Assembly (NCBI RefSeq): GCF_009914755.1
Contig: NC_060931.1
Source: the human T2T-CHM13v2.0 reference genome, Homo sapiens
Strand: one strand, 5' to 3'
DNA length: 64,000 nucleotides
Both the position numbers and the translations under genes were made by a program. Under the pieces are notes generated by a model. It had not been told where the DNA came from. It ran no database searches and saw nothing but the letters and a program-made list of their open reading frames with translations. Shown here in pieces: positions 44,477 to 64,000 of this stretch; position 1 is the first letter of the stretch, and each line of letters starts with the position of its first letter.

Positions 44477-44572
44477 TTAGAGACATAGTGAATTCTCAGT
44501 GTGGGAGGGAGGGTAAGAGAGCTTTGCCTTTGCCCCTTTGAACAATGTATTTCTGAAGCATTTCTCTTCCAG

Positions 44573-44695
44573 GAGGAAGAACCCTTTGAGAGCTCCAGTG
44601 AAGAAGAGTTTGGTGGTGAGGACCATCAGAGCCTAAATTCCATTGTTGATGTTGAAGATTTGGGCAAAATTATGGATCATGTGAAGAAAGAAAAG
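44573..44695 (+). CDS. TYW1: TYW1 exon 7 (EEEPFESSSEEEFGGEDHQSLNSIVDVEDLGKIMDHVKKEK); gene continues beyond the window
   Basis: ttccAG acceptor, AAG|gtaccg donor; 123 nt. No further TYW1-like exon recognised before 64000. Confidence 0.94.
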
Positions 44696-44945
44696 GTACC
44701 GTTACTTTGGGAAATGTTGCACTTGGCTCCCGCAGTTGGTTAACATTTAGTATTTCTTTATTACTGTGTAGTCCATCTGAGCTCACAGAGGAGTTTCATT
44801 TCTCTAGCTTCTGTCTTGAGAGTTTTATAATTTTTTTGCCATTTTTCATGAGCGTGGTGAGCATCTCCCTTCTCAGGCCTGTGAAAGTCAGCTCATCAGA
44901 GGATAAGCAGGAGATTTGAGAACAAGGACTGAGGACATTGTAGAT

Positions 44946-45131
44946 TGGGGGTGTCCAATCTTTTGGCTTTCCTGGGCCACATTGGTAGAAAAAATGTCTT
45001 GGGCTACACATAAAATACACTAATGATAGCTGATGAGCTAAAAAAAAAAAATCGCAAAATAAATCTCATAATGTTTTAAGAAAGCTTACAAATTTGTGTT
45101 GGGCCAGTGGGCTGTGGGTTGGACAAGCTTG
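44946..45131 (+). mobile_element. MER30 hAT element with 8-bp TSD ttgtagat
   Basis: ggggtgtccaatcttttggct...gggttggacaagcttg; ttgtagat at 44938-44945 and 45132-45139. Confidence 0.85.
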
Positions 45132-45539
45132 TTGTAGATGGTTAGAGAGATTTTATTCAGGGCTATTTGAAGATGAACAGCATGATAGGATTTATTATGG
45201 TTGAGATTCCAAGTGAAACTCCAGTGTAAATTTGCTTCTCTGCTGTATAGACTAAGTGGTGTTGGGGCTTAAGGATGGCAGCCTGGTCTGTGGGTGTGGA
45301 GATCAGCATGACTGGGGCCCCTAGGAATCCAGGAAATACCAATCTGGGATGTGACTGTTTCAGTGACTAGATGAATGTGAGAATGTACGATGCAGTAGGA
45401 TTTCATGCAGATTCCAGTGATCTAAAATTGAAGTAATATTGTGTATACTATACTATAAAAATAACAGCCTCAATTTAACTGTGAGTTTTGGAAAATGAGA
45501 ATCCCCCAAATTAAAATTATATGTAGTCCATAAGCCTTA

Positions 45540-48958
<3,419 letters not shown>

Positions 48959-49042
48959 GCTGATATGGACTTAAGATTTAAAAAAATGATGTGGACTTAA
49001 GATTTAAAAAAATGTGCATTTATATTTGCAAACTTAGTTAAA

Positions 49043-49048
49043 TATGTG

Positions 49049-49106
<58 letters not shown>
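49043..49106 (+). repeat. Compound (TG)n(TA)n microsatellite
   Basis: Read directly. Confidence 0.92.
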
Positions 49107-49139
49107 AATAGTATTTTCTAGCTGGGTTCACTGAAAGAC

Positions 49140-50010
49140 TTTGCATGTTCTGACATCGATCTCTGGCACCAAATGGGTATCCTGTAGTTCAATTCAATTC
49201 TGATATATCCTACCCAGAGTTAGTGTCTGACTGGACAGGTTTAGGGCAGAGTCCTATAGAAGACTGCCCTGACTTCAGATACCTGCTGGAAGTCTCACGG
49301 CTATCTACTTTTTTGCCGGAATGACTCACAGAACTCCCTGAAAGCACTATAGTTAAGATTGCAGGTTTGTTTTTTGTTTTTTGATGTTTTTGAGACAGAG
49401 TCTCACTCCTTCATCCAGACTGAAGTGCAGTGGTGTGATCACGGCTCACTGCAACCTTGAACTCCTGGGCTCAAGGGATCCTCCCATCTCGGCCTCCTGA
49501 GTAGCTGGGACTACAGACACGCACCACCACGCCAAGGTCATTTTAAATTTCTTTCTAGAGACAAGGTCTCACCATGTTGCCCAGGCCGATCTAGGTTGCA
49601 GTTTTATTATAAAGGCCACAGATCAGAAACGGTCAAATGGAAGAGATACTCTCGGTCAAGGAAGAGATACTCTGGGGAGTGGGCATGAGGAAGAGACACA
49701 GAGCTTCTGTGTCCTGTCCTCTTGGAATCCAGGCACATCAGTGTGTTCCTCAACCAGGAAGCCCCACTGAGCTTCAGTGTCCAGGGTTTTTATTGGTATC
49801 CCATCATGCAAGCAAGATTGGTTAAATCATTGGGCAGTTGATTAAGCTGAATCTCCAGTGTATTTCCTTTTCTCAAAGGTCAGGCTGGCCCTAAATTCTA
49901 ATCCTCTAATCACTGGTTTCTTTCTGGTGATCAGCCTTCATCCTGAATCTATTACTTAGGAAATGCCAAGGTTTTTTGAAGCTGTGTACCAAGAACCAGG
50001 GTCAAAGGTC
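49140..50010. mobile_element. MER21-like LTR with an inserted Alu monomer
   Basis: ttcaattcaattctga...agactgccctgacttcagatacc...agattggttaaatcattgg. Confidence 0.65.
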
Positions 50011-50566
50011 AGATATATATGGCTGGGTGTGGTGGCTCATGCCTGTAATCCCAGCACTTTGGGAGGCTGAGGCAGGCGGATCACCTGAGGTCACGAGTTC
50101 GAGACCAGCCTAACCAACATGATGAAACCCCATCTCTATTAAAAAAATACAAAAATTAGCTGGGCGTAGTGGTACGTGCCTGTAATCCCAGCTACTCAGG
50201 AGGCTGAGGCAGGAGAATCGCTTGACCCCAGGAGGTGGAGGTTGCAGTGAGCCAAGATTGCACCATTGTACCATGACTGGCCCAGATATATTCTTTATTG
50301 TGCCACAGACCCAGAAATAATCAATGTACTAAGCACTCAGATCTTGTTTTTCTGAATAGCATTCCTTATGATAAAGGGCTGGTTTCAGGACTGGTGAAAG
50401 AAGGGTAACAGATGAGCCCTGGGACATCTTACTGAACAAGTGGGGCCTCAGAGACTTATGGACACCTGCCAAAAAGACGTAGGAACCAACTCGAAGGGTT
50501 TCTTACAGGCCAAACTTGGAACAATTAGAGCTTCAAAAAGATGAATGAACGTAATAGATTACATTA

Positions 50567-50900
<334 letters not shown>

Positions 50901-50993
50901 TCAAACAGGAGGCGTGTTGTGTAGGAGAAGGCTTCTAGATACTAACTATGTAAGGCATGAGAGAATTAGAAAATCAGCTGTTTGCAATTCCTA

Positions 50994-51332
<339 letters not shown>

Positions 51333-52151
51333 TTAAGCAAGGATTGTGTGAAATGTCTTTGGGGAATAGATACTCAGTGTCTCAAAATATCATCCCACAA
51401 ACTAAACCAACTAGAAATGAGGAATGAGTGGGGAAAACCCCCCACATATTAGTTTCTAATTACAGAGGGAACAATGTGCCTTTACAAATGGAGAGATCAG
51501 GTGATTCCCACCTACACCAACCAACCAAATTTAGCATCATCATTTCTACTAAAATGTGACCCATGTTCCTGCTGATATGATGTATAGCAAGACACATACA
51601 CATCATCTCTGTAGTTTCTCGTCAAAAAATGTTTAGCTTGAATCTCATCATGGGGAAACAATGAGACAAATCCAGTATTTGCCACAAGCCTTTTAGACTT
51701 TGTAAATGTCAATATCATAAACAATAACAACAAAAAAACATGGTGAGGCGATAACCATTCTAGGATTAAAAGAGACGATGAGAAAATCCAAAAGCATTTT
51801 GTAAATTTTAGTCTTGGATCAAAGAGAAAAGACCATTGTCTGGACATTTTGGGAAATTTGCAGTGGATTTTTTTGTTGTATTTTTATTTTATTTTTTTTG
51901 GAGACAGGGTCTCACTCTGTCACCCAGCCTATTTGTTAGCTGCTGTTTTGGATCTCCGTAGGGTTTGGGAGCAGCTGCGGGGAGGCAGGACAGATAAACA
52001 GAAGTAGGAGGCCTGGCGTGCTGAATTGCACATGTAATCCCAGCACTTTGGGAGGCCGAGACGGATGGATCACTTAAGCCCAGGAGTTTGAGACCAGCCT
52101 GGGCAACATGGCAAAACCCTGTCTCTACCAAAAATACAAAAACAAAAATTA

Positions 52152-52280
<129 letters not shown>

Positions 52281-52556
52281 TTAGACCCTGTCTCAAAGAA
52301 AAAAAAGAAAAGTGGGGAAGTTCTTACTTGATCACTGCTGTCATAGAGGTCTTTGTGCTCACTCTCCTAGTCATGTGTTTTGAGTTGACTCTCTTTCCAG
52401 GGAATGTTTTCATGGCTTCTTTGGAGATATCTTCCATGACCATCTCCCTGGCAAGTCCCTTGCGCTGAGCAAAATGTACTCTGAGAAGCTGAGAAGTGTA
52501 CTTGTCTTTCTTTTTCCTTCTTTTTTGAGCCCATTTTCCAGCAGCAGAGAAGTATA

Positions 52557-52589
<33 letters not shown>

Positions 52590-53760
52590 AGACAGAATCT
52601 CGCTGTCTCATCCAGGCTGGGGTGCAGTGGCACAATCTCAGCTCACTGCAACCTCTGCCTCCCAGGTTCAAGCGATTGTCCTGTGTAAGCCTCCTGAGTA
52701 GCTGCGATTACAGGTGCGTACCACCACGCCCGGCTAATTTTTGTAATTTTAGTAGAGATGGAGTTTCACCATATTGGCCAGGCTGGTCTTGAACTCCTTA
52801 CCTCAGGCGATCCTCCTGCCTGAGCCTCCCAAAGTGTTGGGATTCCAGGCATGAGCCACTGCACCTGTCCAAGAAGTATACTGATGGCTGCTTAGTCCCT
52901 CCTCTGTGCCCTGTCCCTCTGGCTTCTCTTTTGAAGTCTGTCACCTGCTGTCTGCTCTACTTGACCAATGGGTCAGGATCTGAGATCTCCCTTGCCCCCA
53001 TCCTGCTGTCAGGGGAACACTCCTGAGTTCTTTATTTGGAGGGGACAGGCCAATTCCTACCCAGCAGCAGTGCTCACTTGCTAATGCAAGTAGCTGATCC
53101 GTTTGCTTCTGAATTTCCTAGGCGGCAGCCGTACGTCAATCTGTAATCCTCTGAGGGCGGGGGATACAGAGCAACTTCTTTGAGAGGCTGGATTGGCAGT
53201 TTTCTTGTGGGGCTAGAGGTAAGAAGCTGACAGCTCCCTGTAGCCTCTCTCCTTTTGAGGGAGTGGAGAGAACTTAAAGTACCTTACCAACATTCTCTAG
53301 AGAAATCTTCAAAAACCCTGTCCCATTACCTCCATGCTCTCTACTCTTTCATCTCTGTGATCTGGGGGACCCTTTTTTTTTTTTTTTGAGACGGAGTCTC
53401 GCTCTGTTGCCAAGGCTGGAGTGCAGTGGCGTGATCTTGGCTCAGTACAACCTCTGCCTCTGGGATTCAAGCAATTCTCTGCCTCAGCCTCCCGAGTAGC
53501 TGGGATTACAGGCGCCTGCAACCATGCCTGGCTAATTTTTATATGTTTAGTAGAGACGAGGTTTCACCATCTTGGCCAGGCTGGTCTTGAACTCCTGACC
53601 TTGTGATCTGCCCACCTCGGCCTCCCAGAGTGCTGGGATTACAGGCGTGAGCCACCGTTCCTGGCCAGGGGAGCCATTTTTAATGTTGTAAAACTGTTTC
53701 TCAGATATGTCTTTGAAAATTTTTAACTTGATCTGATCTTCTCTTTGTAGTTTCATTTAA

Positions 53761-53958
<198 letters not shown>

Positions 53959-54718
53959 TAGTACAGACGGGGTTTTGCCATGTTGGCTGGGCTGATGTCC
54001 AGTTCCTGGCCTCAAGATATCCACCTGCCTTGGCCTCCCAAAGTGCTGGGATTACAGTCGTGAGCCACTGTGCCCGGCCTCCTTTAATTTAAAACCCTGT
54101 TGACATGTGTTTTAAAATTTCACAGACAGCAGTCCTCTGTTCCTGTTTTTCCTGGATCCGCTTTTCATAGTAACCACAGTTTTCAGTTTGACAGTATTCT
54201 TGCAGGTATTTTATTGCCTTTTATAAACACATTTGTTTTGGTATAATTTTGTTTTTTGGCTACACAAATGGGATCATTTTGTACTCCTGGTCTACAGACT
54301 GCTTTTCTTTCGCTTTAACATGACAGCTTTCTGGTCCTGTCATATTAGATGAATTCAATGTAAGGTTCATTTTAAGGTAGTTCGTAATGATGTCCCACAA
54401 TTTATTTGGCTCTTGTTCATTAACATTCAGGTGTTTTCTCATTTTTGTAATGGATACTCTTGCTCATATTTTTTGTGGCTGATATAAACTTATCCGAAGA
54501 ATAAATTCCTAAAATTGAAATTCCGGCGTCAAAGGGAGTTTGTAGTTTTGATATTTCCAAATCGCCTTGTGAAAGTTGCAAAGAGTTTCCCATCTGTTTC
54601 CATTGTAGAAGAGAAATGAGAGTACCTGTTCTCTACATCTGAGATGTTATCAATCTTTCAAATCTTGTCAATCTGAAAAATAGTAGCTTTGTGTTAATTT
54701 GCATTTTTAAAATTTTGA

Positions 54719-55027
<309 letters not shown>

Positions 55028-55109
55028 TGATCACCCGCCTCGGTCTCCCAAAGTGTTGGGATTACAAGCGTGAGCCACTGCGCCTGGCCTGAATCATTTC
55101 TTTCTGTCT

Positions 55110-57290
<2,181 letters not shown>

Positions 57291-57609
57291 TGTGTTTCAT
57301 CTATTTTTATATTGGATTATTTGGTTTCTTTTGTAAAGCTTATCATAAAAAAATATCCCAGGCTGGGTGCGGCGACTCTGCCTGTAATCCCAGCACTTTG
57401 GGAGCCTGAGGTGGGAGGATTGCTTGAGCCCGGGAATTTGAGACCAGCCTCGGCAACATAGCAACACTGTCTCTATTAATAAAAAAAATTTAAAAAATAC
57501 TGTGATGAATATAATACTCTAACATTATAGTTATTTTCTAAATTTAAAATTAGCATCTTTCTCTTGTTTTAGCATTTTGTTACTTACTTCCTAATACATG
57601 TCATGTGTC

Positions 57610-58760
<1,151 letters not shown>

Positions 58761-58911
58761 ACTTCCATGTGGCCATGTGGTCTTTGTCATTTTTAGTAGC
58801 TTTTGTATTTTGAAGCCCGGGAAGAGGAGCTATTAAGAATGACAAGTAGGCCGGGTGCAGTGGCTCACTCCTGTAATCCCAGTCCTTTGGGAGGCTGAGA
58901 CGGGCAGATCA

Positions 58912-59230
<319 letters not shown>

Positions 59231-59574
59231 CTAGCTTTAATCTCCTTTCCTGAGGAACATAGAGTTGTTGTATATGAAAGTGCTTTATAATCTTGAAAAG
59301 CCCGACAGACATTGAAATGAGCATTTTATTATTTTTTTAATTACTTTTTTTTTTTTGAGACAGAGTCTCACTCTGTCATCAGGCTGGGGTGCAGTGGCGC
59401 GATCTCGGCTCACTGCAGCCTCTACTCCCTCTTTCAAGTGATTGTTCTGCCTCAGCCTCCTGAGTAGCTGGGACTACAGGTACGTGCCACCACGCCCAGC
59501 TAATTTTTGTATTTTTAGTATAGACGGGGTTTCACCGTGTTGGCCAGGATGGTCTTGATCCATTGACCTTGTGA

Positions 59575-59844
<270 letters not shown>

Positions 59845-60286
59845 TAATTTTGAACTCCTGACCTCAAGTGATCCGCCCGCCTTGGCCTCCCAAAGTGCTA
59901 GGATAGCCACCGGGCCTGGCCTTGCTTAAACATTTAAAATTTGCTTATACATTTTCTTAGAGTTGGTCATTTGATGTGCTTTCAAGTTTTCTGCTCTTAT
60001 AATTAACACTGGTCTGAGACCTTTCTTACTTTTGAAAAATGTATGAATGTTTTCCTACATTTACACATTCCCCATATTGATATACTGGGTCAACGTGAAT
60101 GTGTAATGTTATGACTCTTAATTAAAAATCTGAGTAATTTTCATTGGTGAAATTGTCTGAAAATGATGCATGTGATAGCTGATTGAGAGATTTTTGTATT
60201 TTCTACCAGGTTAAGCTTTATTTAAAAGCTTTGTTTAGCAGGGCGCAGTGGCTCATGCCTGTAATCCTAGCTCTTTGGGAAGCCTA

Positions 60287-60538
<252 letters not shown>

Positions 60539-61616
60539 TTAAAAACTTTGTTTATAGTGGGTGAAGAGTTTGGGATAATTTGTGGGTATGTAATTTTCTT
60601 TGCTTTTTCATCTTATGGCCATTAGAGGGCACTGGAGAAAACACTAATGAAGATTTCAGACATCCATGTACATTATTTTTTTGAAATGAAATGATTTTGG
60701 GCTTTATGAGCTTTAAGCAGCTGGTTTATGATATTTCAGATTTCTCATAAAAATCTCTCATAAAATCATCAGGTCTTTGGGAAAAATACGTGTTTTTTCC
60801 CAATTTTGGTATGACACAAAATAAGCTACCAGTTTTCATTTTTCATGATTGTTAGGTTACAGCAGGGTGTTCAAATAGATCTTGTTTTCGATTTCTATGG
60901 GATATGGGATACTAAACTTGGCATTGGAGGTTTTTACTGCTTGGCTTTTCTTTTTCTTTTCTTTTTCTGGCATTTTGTTTTTTCTTTTCTTTTTTTTGAG
61001 ACAGTCTTGCTGTGTTGCCCAGGCTGGAGTGCAGTGGCACAATATCATCTCATGGCAGCCCCCGCCTCCCGGGTTCATGCAATTCTGCCTCAGCCTCCCC
61101 AGTAGGTGGGATTATAGCACCCGCCACCACGCCCGGCTAATTTTTGTATTTTTAGTAGAGACAGTGCCTCGCCATGTTGGCCAGGCTGGTCTTGAACTCC
61201 TGACCTCAGGTGATCCACCTGCCTCAGCCTCTCGAAGTGCTGGGATTACAGGTGCAAGCCACTGAGCCTGGCTTTTTCTGGCATTTTCTTTGGGGCTGGC
61301 TCACACATTCCCCGAATGCTTTCCGCGTGATCATCCATGACACACCACATGAAATTGCCTTAGTTGTTACTGTCGAGGGAAGTAGTACGTGCCAGTGCTT
61401 AAGAGTTGGGTCGAAGCACTGTCATTGTAAGACTGGTTTTTGAGTAATACTCACTAACTTTCATGGAGTCATACGTCTCAGCTTGTGTATCTGGACAAAT
61501 TATTTTACCCCTCTGTGCTTCCGTTTTCTCATTTGTAATGTGGGAGATAACAGTATCTGCCTTATAAAGTTCTTATGTAGATTGAAAAAGTTAATCCAGC
61601 CGCATTGTATTTTCTT

Positions 61617-61930
61617 GTATAGTAGTTAATATATTTTTTATATAATAACATTATATTCTAATTCTATTAGAATTAATGTATAATTATATTAGAATTATAT
61701 AATTATATTAGAATTAATATATAATTATATTAGAATTATATAATTATATTAGAATTATATAACAATTATATAATTAGAATTAGAATATAATTTTAACTAA
61801 TTATTCTGATATAATTATATATTATTAGTATAATATATAATTAGAATTAGAATATAATATTAACTAATTATTTCAATATAATTAGAATTAGAATATATTA
61901 ACTATAATAGTTAATAATTAGCTTATATAA
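61617..61930. repeat. AT-rich minisatellite/low-complexity tract (about 19-nt unit taattatattagaattata)
   Basis: Several tandem copies at 61681-61760; the tract is almost entirely A/T. Confidence 0.85.
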
Positions 61931-62475
61931 GTATATGTCTTCAAATAGGATAGATTTGGTCCTACCAAAACACCACCTTGGTATTCTACCTCCCTCCCTC
62001 TGTAGTACTATTTAAGACTTCTTCTAGGACTGAAGATAATTTGAAGTATGAGAGTGGTTTCTAAGAACTAGAGCACTAAAGTTTGAAACACTGGAATGTT
62101 AGGGAGACAGATGGAGATATGGGAGGAATAGGGTGTTAGGGGTGGCATGTTTGGGGAACCCTAAACAGTTTGGTGTGCCTAGAGTTGACTGGGGGTAGGG
62201 ATATTTGGAGCTGTGACATAGAGAAGGAAGATGGGGTAGGATCCTAGAGGCTTCTCAAGTCCTGCAGTGGAGGGGGCTGAGCTTTCTCCTGAAGGCAGTG
62301 GGAGGCAATGTGATTTGATTGAATTGGAGAATGGGTTAGCGGGTGTGGGGAGAGAGGAGAGTTCCAGTGTAGGTTTAAAATATTAGGAGGCCGGGTGCAG
62401 TGGCTTATGCCTGTAATCCCAGAGCTTTGGGAGGCTGAGGCTGGTGGATCACCTGAGGTCTGGAGTTCAAGATCA

Positions 62476-62643
<168 letters not shown>

Positions 62644-64000
62644 TTAGGCAACAGCCTGAGACAACCCTGTCTCAAAAAATAAAGGAAAAAAGGAGAAATC
62701 AAAATACATACTAGATTATCTCACTCAATCCTCACAGTGACCTTGAGATGATCAAACTATTATCATCTGCAATTTACCATTTAACAGATAGCAACTGAGG
62801 CTTAGTTTAAGCAATTTGTCCATCGTCAGTTGGCTGGTAAGTTGACAGGCTCAAGCCTGGACTCCATCTGTCTGTGTCACTCCTCTTGGCTGCTTCCCCA
62901 GGGAGGAGTGGTTCTCAGAAGAGAAGCTGTAGTGTTTAGAGAACCATGAGTCAGGAGGAGCCTGATAATTTTTATATTGTTTATTTTCTCTTTCTCTTAT
63001 GTTGTGGTTTGTAAATGTAAAGCCCATTGCTACTTTTTTTTTTTTTTTTCCTGCAGTAAATAAATGTTGCTAAATAATCCCCACAGCAATGTTCTGGCTA
63101 AGCAGACAAACACTAACATCAGCATCATTAATTTTGGAAATAAATGGCAAATGCTTGACAGTTACTCACTGGAGAAACATTTCCATTTGCCAGCTATTTA
63201 AATTGCAGAAGGATCTCAGTATGTCCAGTTCTGATTATAAATTTCTGTTGGTATTGCAGTGGAATAACAGGAAGCTAGTTTCAGAATTATTTTTAAGGCT
63301 TTGGAGTGTTTACTTCACCTAGAAACAAGAGGTGATATCCTTTCAACCCCAATACACTGCCCTTAAACCATCTTGACTCACCATGGTCTCTGTAGCTAGG
63401 AGCACTTAGCAATGAGTCCCCATGTTATCTTGTTAAGGTAGGTTATCCAAAATAGAATTACGGTGTCAGAGTAAAGCTCTTGACACGCTTGGGCACGCTG
63501 CTTTTCCACCAGTTCAAAAGGCATTTTTAGAACTCAGTATATACAAAAGCTTTGCGTAATGGTGAAAATTGGTCATTTTAAAACTGAACCATGACTAGTG
63601 AGTGATATCTTGGAGATTCATTTATTAAAGAAATAGGAATCTAAATGTGGGGTTAAATTGCAGCAAAAGTTATTAAATATTAATAATTTAATTTTTTACT
63701 GTGATTCCTTTTCAGTGATATAATTTTTATTAGTTTAGATTAATATTAAAACTCTACTTCATGTATAATTAAGCATGAATAAGAGTTTTTTTTTTTTTTT
63801 TTTTGAGATGAAGTCTTGCTTTGTTGCCCAGGTGTGATCTTGGCTCATTGCAACCTCTGCCTGCTAGGTGCAAGTGATTCTTCTGCCTCAGCCTCCTGAA
63901 TAGCTGCGACCACAAGCGCATGCCACCACGCCTGGCTAATTTTTGTATTTTCAGAAGAGATGGGTTTCATCATGTTGGCCAGGCTGTTCTAGAACTCCTG

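Noticed and set aside
44570-44575. CAGGAG tandem acceptor at TYW1 exon 7
   Set aside because: A distal GAG is rarely used, and the effect would be one Glu in an acidic tract.

Overview
Primate, almost certainly human, genomic DNA from the SBDS/TYW1 head-to-head locus (7q11.21). The minus strand carries the complete 5-exon SBDS gene (250 aa). The diagnostic positions c.183_184TA and c.258+2T are intact, so this is the functional gene and not SBDSP1. The plus strand carries TYW1 exons 1-7 (328 codons: hydrophobic N-terminal segment, flavodoxin domain and Cys/His/acidic linker); the radical-SAM exons lie beyond the window. The rest is very Alu-dense intron with old L1, LTR (MER39-, MST-, LTR47-, MER21-, MER31-like) and DNA-transposon relics. 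Most ORFs in the supplied track are Alu artefacts. Repeat subfamily names come from recalled consensus sequences, and repeat boundaries are approximate. I found no evidence of a new multi-gene system. The best leads are smaller: (1) an upstream strong-context ATG in frame with TYW1, separated from it by a single TAG; (2) a TYW1 promoter built from a degenerate ~91-bp GC-box+CCAAT triplication; (3) a poly(A)-tailed 3'-UTR retrocopy fused to an Alu head; (4) an inverted templated copy of an Alu-Alu junction; (5) a near-perfect 64-nt hairpin; (6) an internally primed L1 ORF1 insertion; (7) a possible flavodoxin-only TYW1 isoform made by intronic polyadenylation.
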